Program-made: the position numbers and the translations under genes | In this document: positions 6,716 through 14,041 of the stretch, piece after piece | How the letters are laid out: the number at the start of each line of letters is the position of its first letter | How positions within the stretch are numbered: the first letter of the stretch is position 1 | Assembly: GCA_027623675.1 (NCBI GenBank) | Contig: JAQBVF010000041.1 | Location: 1 to 14,174, forward strand | Source of the DNA: Chloroflexota bacterium | Lineage (GTDB): Bacteria > Chloroflexota > Dehalococcoidia > Lucifugimonadales > UBA3495 | Reading direction: 5' to 3' | DNA: 14,174 bases | Notes under the pieces: generated by a model | Databases searched by the model: none | What the model saw: the letters and a program-made list of their open reading frames with translations, nothing else | Told to the model about the DNA's origin: nothing

Positions 6716-6992
6716 CTGATTCGTCCCACCAATCCGGTTCCGCCCTGAGGAAGGGTCCGTGAAATTGATGCTTGGTTGATACCATTTGCTTCACGAAAGG
6801 ACGCAGAAAGACGATTTGAAGGACGGTTTTGCAGTGGGGTTCCAACGTGGGGTTTCCGACTCAATCAACCCCTGATACTGCCTGCCCGGTCCAGGTTTGT
6901 GGTTTGGCATGCCGATGAAACCGCGGGTGAACTTTTCGGCCGCGACCGGTGCGGAGCGTAGCGATTTCCGCGTGGCTAGTATCCGAATTCGG

Positions 6993-7021
6993 TTGACACC
7001 ACCTAGGCGTGCCCCTACAAT
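6993..7021 (+). promoter_or_regulatory. Sigma70-type promoter TTGACA-N17-TACAAT
   Basis: Perfect -35 (6993-6998), 17-nt spacer, and a 5/6 -10 (7016-7021), upstream of the NMO/FabK-family gene. Confidence 0.75.
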
Positions 7022-7174
7022 CGGTCACACTTTGAGACCGGTCTGATGAGAACCGGTAAACCGCCGAATAGACCTGCGCCCACCATAGGATTTCAAACAC
7101 GCTCAATCATAACGAGTGCGGCGAATTTTGGCGGCTAAACCCGGCCTCGGAATTGTTAAGTTGGTATTGAATCG

Positions 7175-8134
7175 ATGAAACGCACTGCGGTTAGCACTGC
7201 ACTAGGAATATCCTACCCCGTCCTGCAGGCAGGCATGCCCTGGGTATCCAACCCCGAATTGGTGGCGGCAGTATCAAATGCCGGCGGACTGGGCGTGTTG
7301 CACCCCACGTCCGGCACCGAGGTGGGGGGCGACCCGGTTGCAGACCTCCACGCCGTCATCCGCCGGGTCCAACGGCTGACAACCAAGCCATTCGGCATAT
7401 CGTTCTATCTGGCGCATCCACAGATACAGCAGTTGATTGAGGCCGCCGCGCAAGAGGGCATCACCATCGCCATAACCTACGGCGGCAGCCCGGCCCTGTT
7501 CACCGGCATGCTGAAAGAACACGGTATGACCGTGATTCATCAGGTTGCGACGGTGCGTCACGCCCGAGGCGCGGAGGCCCAGGGCGTGGACATGGTCATA
7601 GCGGAAGGCTTTGAGGGCGGCGGCCTCCGGGGCGCCGATAAAGTCTCCACCATGGTCCTGGTCCCACAGGTGGTGAATTCCATCGCCATCCCGGTCATCG
7701 CCTGCGGTGGCATCGTGGACTCGCGTGGCTACGTGGCCGCGACCGCGTTGGGCGCCATGGGCGTGCAGATGGGCTCACGGTTCGTCGCCACGAAAGAGTG
7801 CATCTCTCACCAGAAGTACAAGGCGGCGATGGTGGCGGCCATCGACAGCGGGACCATCGTTGTCGGCGGAGACCGTTGGCCGACCAGGATCCTAAAGCAG
7901 GGCATCGCGATGCAGATGAAAGAGTCCAGCTTGGGCAGCGGTGACGACTCCGCCGCCTGGGAGCAGGAACTGGGGATAGACCGGACCAGGGCCGCCCTGA
8001 TCGACGGCGACTTCGATGCCGGTGTCGCCTACACCGGAGCCGGCGCCGGTCTGATATCGGAGATCATCACAGTCGCGGAAGTGTTCAAGGACCTGGTCGA
8101 CGGCAGTCACTCGCTTGCCCGCAAACTGGTCTAG
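7175..8134 (+). CDS. Nitronate monooxygenase / enoyl-ACP reductase FabK-family FMN-dependent oxidoreductase
   Basis: LGISYPVLQAGM.WVS.PELVAAVSNAGGLG, TTKPFG, GVDMVIAEGFEGGG, IPVIACGGIVD.RG..AA.ALGA.GVQMGSRF.ATKE, and GAGAGLI motifs; 319 aa. Confidence 0.92.
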   Translation: MKRTAVSTALGISYPVLQAGMPWVSNPELVAAVSNAGGLGVLHPTSGTEVGGDPVADLHAVIRRVQRLTTKPFGISFYLAHPQIQQLIEAAAQEGITIAITYGGSPALFTGMLKEHGMTVIHQVATVRHARGAEAQGVDMVIAEGFEGGGLRGADKVSTMVLVPQVVNSIAIPVIACGGIVDSRGYVAATALGAMGVQMGSRFVATKECISHQKYKAAMVAAIDSGTIVVGGDRWPTRILKQGIAMQMKESSLGSGDDSAAWEQELGIDRTRAALIDGDFDAGVAYTGAGAGLISEIITVAEVFKDLVDGSHSLARKLV

Positions 8135-8194
8135 TTTCGGCGGTGGCGGGTCAACGCCATGCTCACATTGGCGTCTCGGATCAACGCGGGCGCC

Positions 8195-9448
8195 CTAGGA
8201 CGTTTCCTCAAATTGCGCCGAGTCCATCTCGATCAATTCCTCTGCTTTCCTCATGATCTTGTCCCGGCGCTCGCCCTCCATGTTCCTGCTGTCCAGGTAG
8301 AGCGACAACGCCTGCATCGGCTGTAGGTCTTCGCCTTCCGAGGGGGAGATACGGGTGCGGCGCGCTCCGGCGACCTCCTTGGAGATGGACGCGATGAAAT
8401 GGGCCGGCTCCAGGGCCGCACGAATCTCCTGGTCCCGCAGGTGCGGCTCGGACTCAGCGGCCAGCGATATTCGCACCCGCACCACCGAGTCCGCAATCTC
8501 TTGGCGGTTGATCGCCCGAACCACGGCTGCGGTGGGGTCAACGTCCTGCGGCTCCACCGAGACATCCACGGTGACGAATCGTCTGGCGTTCAGCTTGTGG
8601 AATTCGAAGTTCGTCATCCGCTGCCCTTGGGCCGCCGCCGGGTCCAGGTCAATCACGCAGAACCCCTTTTCGTCGCCTTCCTCGCTGAAATCCACCCTTT
8701 GCAGACTGCCCGAATAGACCACCATGGGCGGGTCGGGGCGCAATATCTGGTGCTTGTGGATGTGGCCCAAAGCCACGTATTCGACCTGGGGTCGGACCAG
8801 AGCGCTGACCAAAAGGACGTGGTCCTGGCCCAGCATCATGGACCGCTCGGTGCCCACGGTGGCCCCGTTAACGGTCACGTGGCCGGTAAGGATGGCCGGG
8901 ACCGCCGGGTCCAGTTCCTTTGCCTTGGTCTCGATCCCGTTGGTCAGGCGATTCTCTAGTTCCTGCCGGACTTGCTCGATGGTCATCCCCCGGGAGTCCG
9001 CGCGGCTGAGGATGCCGCTGCGGCGCGGCCAGGGAACGGCCAATATCTGGATGGGGCCTGATGGCGTGTTCACCGTGTAGATTTCCAGGTTGTTGCCCAC
9101 ATGGATGTTGGCAACTTCCAGGGTGGGGAAGATGTCGACCGCCGTGGCCCGGCTGGATGCGGCGGGCAGGTCGTGGTTTCCCACCAGCAGGAAGGTGGGT
9201 ATCCCCGCTTGGGACAGCCGGTTCAGGCGTTTGGCGAATTCTCTTTGGTGGGTCTGAGTGGGGTCGCGGCCTTTGTATGCGTCTCCGGCCAATAGGACCA
9301 GGTCAACGTTCTGGCCGAGGGCAAAGTCCACGACTTGGTCCAAAGAGGACAGGAAGTCGCCCAGGCGAGTGGATAGGCCCGTCTCCGGGTCTGTCCGGCC
9401 ATAGTTCTCGACGCCGATGTGCAGGTCCGAGAAATGAAGGATTCTCAT
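8195..9448 (-). CDS. sbcD: Exonuclease SbcCD subunit D (Mre11-like metallophosphoesterase)
   Basis: MRILHFSDLHIG, LAGDAY, VGNHD, YVALGHIHKHQ and YSGSLQRVDFSEEGDEKGF motifs; 417 aa. Confidence 0.93.
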   Translation of the reverse strand: MRILHFSDLHIGVENYGRTDPETGLSTRLGDFLSSLDQVVDFALGQNVDLVLLAGDAYKGRDPTQTHQREFAKRLNRLSQAGIPTFLLVGNHDLPAASSRATAVDIFPTLEVANIHVGNNLEIYTVNTPSGPIQILAVPWPRRSGILSRADSRGMTIEQVRQELENRLTNGIETKAKELDPAVPAILTGHVTVNGATVGTERSMMLGQDHVLLVSALVRPQVEYVALGHIHKHQILRPDPPMVVYSGSLQRVDFSEEGDEKGFCVIDLDPAAAQGQRMTNFEFHKLNARRFVTVDVSVEPQDVDPTAAVVRAINRQEIADSVVRVRISLAAESEPHLRDQEIRAALEPAHFIASISKEVAGARRTRISPSEGEDLQPMQALSLYLDSRNMEGERRDKIMRKAEELIEMDSAQFEETS

Positions 9449-9625
9449 GCCCTATGTCCGCCTGGCGATCGCCAGCTGTATCCAGGCTGTTGGAGAGCGT
9501 TTGTGAGTCTCACGCCCCAGATTATGTTCGTTGGGGGGGCAAAATAAAAGACCCGGCCCAGCGGAAATTGGAGCCATTCAGCACCGGTTTTCGTCCACTG
9601 GGCGGTGGCCTCTAATCAAATATTG

Positions 9626-9654
9626 TTGACAACGGGGCGATCCGTTCCTAGAAT
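9626..9654 (+). promoter_or_regulatory. Sigma70-type promoter TTGACA-N17-TAGAAT
   Basis: Perfect -35 (9626-9631), 17-nt spacer, and -10 TAGAAT (9649-9654), 55 nt upstream of ATG 9709. Confidence 0.75.
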
Positions 9655-9708
9655 CGAGTCAGCGGTGACGGTGGGATCGGTTTGGTATCTCTTGCAAGGA
9701 CGGCGTAA

Positions 9709-10410
9709 ATGACTACCGTTAGGCAGATGTTTGCACTTCAGGAATTAGACATCATTCTGGACCGAGTCCAGAGTGAGCACGACAAGATAAAATACGAACT
9801 CAGCAACGGTAACACCATAGTTCAACTGGAATCGGACATCGAACGAGACGCTGAACTACTCATCAAATCAGAACTCCAGCAACGGGCCACAAAGCTAGAT
9901 GTAGAAACCCAGAGAGAACGGTCTGAAACCCTAAACTCCCAACTGTACGGCGGGGAGATCACCAATCCCAGAGATCTAGAAAACTTGGAGCGCGAGGCTC
10001 AGAACGTCCGAAAATTGCTGGAACAGCACGAGACCGCTCTCTCCAAGATCAGCGAACGGATCGAGGAGATACAGAACCGAAAGAGTGAATTGGAGACTCG
10101 ATTGAGTGACGCCCGCGCCGCTTGGGAGGTCCGCCAGGCTGAATTGCAGGCCACCATCAAGGGTCTTGACGACGAGCGGTCCGGATTTGTGGACCAACGG
10201 ACGAAGCTGACCGAGAGTCTGGATCCCACATCGCTCCAGCATTACGAGAGCCTCCGGAAAACCAAGGGCGGCCTGGCTATCGTCAAGGTGGAACGGGGTC
10301 TTTGCCAGGGCTGTAGGATGTCCCTGCCAACCCATCAACAGCAGCGGGTCCGCAACGGACGTCAAACGGTGCTATGCAGCAGTTGTGGCCGGATGCTCTT
10401 TCTGAGCTAA
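9709..10410 (+). CDS. Coiled-coil protein with C-terminal C4 zinc ribbon (CT398/HP0958, DUF164-type)
   Basis: Starts with ALQELD, then a long heptad coiled coil, LYGGEITNPRDL..L..E, YE.LRK.KGGLAIVKV...CQGCRMSLP...CSSCGRML; SD AAGGA upstream. Confidence 0.9.
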   Translation: MTTVRQMFALQELDIILDRVQSEHDKIKYELSNGNTIVQLESDIERDAELLIKSELQQRATKLDVETQRERSETLNSQLYGGEITNPRDLENLEREAQNVRKLLEQHETALSKISERIEEIQNRKSELETRLSDARAAWEVRQAELQATIKGLDDERSGFVDQRTKLTESLDPTSLQHYESLRKTKGGLAIVKVERGLCQGCRMSLPTHQQQRVRNGRQTVLCSSCGRMLFLS

Positions 10411-10508
10411 CCCACCCGGGCCAACCCCCGAGTTGATTCTCTGGAGCTTCCCATCTAGAGCCACCCCCGGGCTAATCACCCCGCAGGCGCCCCAACGAGA
10501 TTTTGTTC

Positions 10509-10539
10509 ATGGCCGGTTCTACCCGGCCATTTTTCTTTT
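10509..10539 (+). terminator. Rho-independent terminator after the zinc-ribbon gene
   Basis: ATGGCCGG-TTCTAC-CCGGCCAT stem-loop followed by TTTTCTTTT. Confidence 0.65.
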
Positions 10540-10583
10540 CCGGCTTGGACCAACCGGTCCAGGCGGCGCGACATGCCGCTCGT

Positions 10584-10612
10584 TTGACCCCTCATAGGGC
10601 CTATGCTAGAGT
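10584..10612 (+). promoter_or_regulatory. rnpB promoter TTGACC-N17-TAGAGT with extended -10 TG
   Basis: -35 at 10584-10589, TG at 10604-10605, -10 at 10607-10612. The predicted start (~10619) coincides with the 5' end of the extended P1 helix. Confidence 0.65.
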
Positions 10613-10618
10613 TCGAAA

Positions 10619-11084
10619 TGGAGGGCCACGCAGGCTGGGTGACCGCCGTCCGTCCAGTGATGGAAGGAGGGAGGAAAGTCCGGGCTCCCCTGGGCAGGGT
10701 GCTGGGTAACGCCCAGGCCCTCGATGACCGCCCCGATCCGTCGGAGCGCCGTTGGGGGACGGAAAGTGGCACAGAAACATACCGTCCTTCCCGACCTGGG
10801 TTTCCGGGTGTGGAAGGATAAGGGTGAAATCGGACGGTAAGAGCGTCCGGCCGTTTGCGGTGACGCAGCGGCGGCCAAACCCCACCTGGAGCAAGGCCAA
10901 ATAGGGGGACATAGGCGCCCGGCCCGTCCCCGGGTTGGCTGCTCGACCGCGGCGGTAACGTCGCTCCGCCAAAAGCGGACTTTCGCCGGCTTCGCCGCCG
11001 GCGTTAGGGCTAGATAGATGGTCACCATTCTTCCCTTACGGGAGGAAAACAGAACCCGGCTTATAGGCCTGCGAAACCCCTCCA
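10619..11084 (+). ncRNA. rnpB: RNase P RNA (bacterial type A-like, elongated)
   Basis: Universal segments GAGGAAAGTCCGGGCTCC, GGAAAGTGGCACAGAAA, GGGTGAAATCGGACGGTAAGAGC, AAACCCCACCTGGAGCAAGGCCAAATAG, TAGATAGATG and AACAGAACCCGGCTTATAG. P1 is CGCAGGC (10629)/GCCTGCG (11067-11073), extendable by TGGAGGG/CCCTCCA. Confidence 0.97.
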
Positions 11085-11125
11085 ACCGCCCGCGTCAACC
11101 ACCCCACATCGGCGCCATCCGGTAC

Positions 11126-11209
11126 AAGCCTCCGTGTACGGCGCCGGGCAATGCGCCGAGCAAGGCACTATGTAAGGCGCCGGGTAAGGCGCCGGGTAAA
11201 GCGCCGGCA
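11126..11209. repeat. Degenerate 12-bp tandem repeat x7 (consensus AAGGCGCCGGGT)
   Basis: aagcctccgtgt acggcgccgggc aatgcgccgagc aaggcactatgt aaggcgccgggt aaggcgccgggt aaagcgccggca. Confidence 0.8.
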
Positions 11210-11374
11210 AAGCAGTTGATGATTCCCCCGGCAACTATTATGATTACCCCAGACTCTCGCCCGCCCATTGATTCGCAATATCAGGCAGCTGCCGGCATCG
11301 TGAAAGACGATAGCTGTCCAGACCAGGGCCACCCGGGCGATCAACCAATCCAGAAATAGGGGAACCTCCCAAAC

Positions 11375-12040
11375 TTGTACCTGGACATGCACAGCCATTC
11401 CGTGTCGTCCGACGACTCCAGGGCCACGGTGGAACAGTACGTCAAATGGATCCAAGTGCTGCGGAAACGAGGGCATACCGTTGACGGCATCGTGCTCACC
11501 GAGCACCGCAAATTCGATTTCGACATGGACTATTCCGCCCTGGCCGACCAGTACAACGTCCTCATTCTCAAGGGCTCTGAGTTGGACACCCGCTACGGGC
11601 ATTTCCTGGTCTATGGGGTCAGTGAGGGACTGACCAAGGCGATGGATTTCGCCGACACCCGCATGGACGCCCGGGCCCTGATGCAGGCCGCCCGCCAGCA
11701 CGACGCCATCGCCCTGCCCGCTCACCCCGGCCGCTTCGGCATCGGGCTCACCGACTACATCGCCCAGGGTGAAGCCTTCGACGATGTGGAGATCGTCGAG
11801 CGGTTTAACGGCGGCAGCCGCCCCGGCGAGAACGAAAGGGCCGAAGAACTTTGCTTGAGCCATGGTTTGTTCGGCATCGGTGGCAGCGACGCCCACCTCA
11901 CCAGTCACATCGGCACCTGTATGACCAACTTCCCGGCCACGATCAAGAACACCAATGACTTGGTCGACGCACTGCTTAGCAAGGATTTCCAGCCGGTCTG
12001 GCTGGAGGACACCATCGACGGCGCTGCCCAAACGTCTTGA
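11375..12040 (+). CDS. PHP-domain metal-dependent phosphoesterase
   Basis: DMHSHS, GIVLTEH, G.EL....GHFLVYG, PAHP.R, VERFNG and GGSDAH motifs of the PHP/PHP-associated family. TTG start with AGGGG upstream. Confidence 0.88.
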   Translation: MYLDMHSHSVSSDDSRATVEQYVKWIQVLRKRGHTVDGIVLTEHRKFDFDMDYSALADQYNVLILKGSELDTRYGHFLVYGVSEGLTKAMDFADTRMDARALMQAARQHDAIALPAHPGRFGIGLTDYIAQGEAFDDVEIVERFNGGSRPGENERAEELCLSHGLFGIGGSDAHLTSHIGTCMTNFPATIKNTNDLVDALLSKDFQPVWLEDTIDGAAQTS

Positions 12041-12095
12041 ACGGCGCACGCCTGACCACCTGCGAGGCGCTGCCCAAACGAAAGGAGACCCACCC

Positions 12096-12545
12096 ATGGC
12101 CATGGAACTGGAATACGACCGGTCATTGTACGGAGTTGAACACAAGGCCGGCCCATTCGAGATCACCGACGAGATAATCGACCGGACCAACAGCAGCATC
12201 GGCGAGACCGGTCCGGCCTTCAGGTCCGACGAAGACGCCAAGCAAGCTGGATACCGGGGCCGCATCGCCCCGCCGACCTTGTGCTGCATCCTGGTCCGCC
12301 AGGTGTCGCTGCCCGACGTGAAGGTACAATTCGGCAAGACCCAGATGCACGCCGGACAGCGCATAGAGCCCAAGGCGCCGGTCTATGCCGGGGACCAACT
12401 GACCGCGTCGTCCCACCTGAAAGATGTCTACACCAAGACCGGACGCTCCGGCACCATGGTGTTCATCGTCTGGGAGACCACCTTCACCAACCAGAACGAC
12501 GAAGTGGTGGCCGAGGTCCAGGAGTCTTTCGCCAAGCGGGAGTGA
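12096..12545 (+). CDS. MaoC-family hotdog-fold dehydratase, HadA-like (MaoC_dehydrat_N) subunit
   Basis: AKQAGYRGRIAPPTL, MHAGQRIE...PVYAGDQLT, and KTGRSGTMVFIVWETTFTNQ..EVVAE. SD AGGAG lies 8 nt before ATG 12096, so the start was moved from 11955. Confidence 0.88.
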   Translation: MAMELEYDRSLYGVEHKAGPFEITDEIIDRTNSSIGETGPAFRSDEDAKQAGYRGRIAPPTLCCILVRQVSLPDVKVQFGKTQMHAGQRIEPKAPVYAGDQLTASSHLKDVYTKTGRSGTMVFIVWETTFTNQNDEVVAEVQESFAKRE

Positions 12546-12601
12546 CCCGCCCTGGCGCACCGGCAGACCAAGCAAAGATAAGCAAGAGATTTGGGGGAGC
12601 T

Positions 12602-13021
12602 TTGCCCTTTTACGACGAGATAGAATTGGGTGACGAGATCGGACCCGTGGAGAAGATTGCCACCGACGACGAAGTGGCGGATTTCTGCGACGTCTGGGGC
12701 GCGCCCAAGCCCAACCGGTTCACCGACACCGAGACCGCGGCCAAGTCGGGCATGCCCGGGACTATCGTTCCAGGCATCATGACCATGGCGATGATGGCCC
12801 AACTGCTCACCGACTGGGGCGGCCCCGGCTCCATCAAAGACCTGGACCTGGTCTTTCGGCAGCCGGTGCCCCACAACCGGCCCCTGACCTTGGCCGCCAC
12901 CATCACCGACCTGCGGGAAGAGGACGGCGAGAACCTGGTGGAATGCGACATCCTCATGACCGGCGCCAAGGGCGAACGCTACGTGGGCGGCAAAGCCATA
13001 GTTGCCCTGGCATCCCGCTGA
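12602..13021 (+). CDS. MaoC-family hotdog-fold dehydratase, HadB-like subunit
   Basis: FYDEIELGDEIGP, AAKSGMPGTIVPGIMTMAMM.Q.LTDW, and F.QPV.....LT....I......GENLVECDI. TTG start at 12602 with SD GGGGGAG (start moved from 12281). Confidence 0.85.
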   Translation: MPFYDEIELGDEIGPVEKIATDDEVADFCDVWGAPKPNRFTDTETAAKSGMPGTIVPGIMTMAMMAQLLTDWGGPGSIKDLDLVFRQPVPHNRPLTLAATITDLREEDGENLVECDILMTGAKGERYVGGKAIVALASR

Positions 13022-13111
13022 TAAGCCAGGCGGCTCGGCAGATCGCCGCGTTTCGTTTGGGCGTGACTTTTCCCGAATGGCCATCGGATCCGTGTTTCGT
13101 TAGGTAGAGAG

Positions 13112-14032
13112 ATGTTGGAACGGTTGCGCCAAGTGGCGTTCTTGGTCAAGGACCTGGCCGACGCGAAAGACCTGTACCGCCGGTATCTGGGACTTGAGAC
13201 CTGCCACTCTGCAGACCTGAGCCGCTACGGGGTTCTAAACGCGGTGCTCCATGCCGGCAACGGCACGTTCATCGAACTGCTCCAGCCAGACGATAGTGAT
13301 TCCTCGGCCGCCCGCTACCTGGAACGGCGAGGGGAAGCGCCCTACATGCTCATCTTCGAGACCAGCGAGTACGACCGGCTCGTCCCACACCTGCGATCCC
13401 TGGGAGTCAGGCTCTCGGAAGAGGCAGAGGACGATTACAGGCATGCGTTCATCCACCCATCGTCGGCCAACGGCGCGCTTCTGGAGATCATCGAAGTCTC
13501 ACCCTCTTTTAAGGCCCGCAATCCCTGGCCGGCGGCCGGTCCCGATTGGCAGGCGTTGGAGCGCGAACCCCTGACCAAGCAATTGCGGCAGATGGCGGTG
13601 CTGGTTCGCGACCTGGACCAGGCGGTGGCCCGCTGGGAAGAGATGTTCGGCATCAAGGCAACCAAGCGGTTCCATGTCAGCTTCACCGACCTGGAGATCG
13701 CGGTGCTGCCCCTCGGTGGCAAGGACACATTCATTGAGTTAGCCCAACCCACCGGCGACGATGTGCCGTCCGCCAGGTTCTTGAAGCGCTACGGCGAGGG
13801 CATCTACCTGACCATCTACGAGATCGAAGACTCCCTGGCCATGGACGACCACCTGAAGGAACAGGAAGCCCGCTACACCTCTTCACGCGTTACAACCAAT
13901 TATGTGAACCTGGGCTTTAACAGCATCTGGCTGCACCCGGCGGGCATGAAAGGCGCCTTCACCCAGTTGTCCCAGGTGCTGGTGGACGACAACCCCTGGC
14001 CTCCCGCCGGCGACGATTGGCACCTCGGCTAG
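13112..14032 (+). CDS. Tandem two-domain VOC/glyoxalase-fold protein (methylmalonyl-CoA-epimerase-like)
   Basis: Two internal repeats of LRQ(V/M)A.LV.DL...G.....TFIEL.QP......AR(Y/F)L.R.GE..Y..I(F/Y)E...HP....GA.....NPWP.AG.DW. Confidence 0.85.
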   Translation: MLERLRQVAFLVKDLADAKDLYRRYLGLETCHSADLSRYGVLNAVLHAGNGTFIELLQPDDSDSSAARYLERRGEAPYMLIFETSEYDRLVPHLRSLGVRLSEEAEDDYRHAFIHPSSANGALLEIIEVSPSFKARNPWPAAGPDWQALEREPLTKQLRQMAVLVRDLDQAVARWEEMFGIKATKRFHVSFTDLEIAVLPLGGKDTFIELAQPTGDDVPSARFLKRYGEGIYLTIYEIEDSLAMDDHLKEQEARYTSSRVTTNYVNLGFNSIWLHPAGMKGAFTQLSQVLVDDNPWPPAGDDWHLG

Positions 14033-14041
14033 GCGGGTTGG

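Noticed and set aside
7043..7070. Hammerhead ribozyme (CTGATGAG) or fluoride riboswitch (GATG...AAACCGCC) in the NMO leader
   Set aside because: No stem II followed by GAAA for a hammerhead, and no downstream GCTRATG pseudoknot partner for the fluoride motif.
9517..9530. LexA/SOS box upstream of sbcD
   Set aside because: Only one half-site (GTTCG) matches GAAC-N4-GTTC; the other half is CAGA.
10476..11359. ORFs overlapping rnpB (e.g. 10601-10972, 10606-11085, 11018-11359)
   Set aside because: They overlap a clear structural RNA, have no recognisable motifs, and lack SD sequences.
11168..13084. Long antisense ORFs (11168-12373, 12428-13084) and similar shadow ORFs over the ADH, Rieske and sbcD genes
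   Set aside because: Typical stop-poor shadow frames of GC-rich coding DNA opposite well-supported genes.
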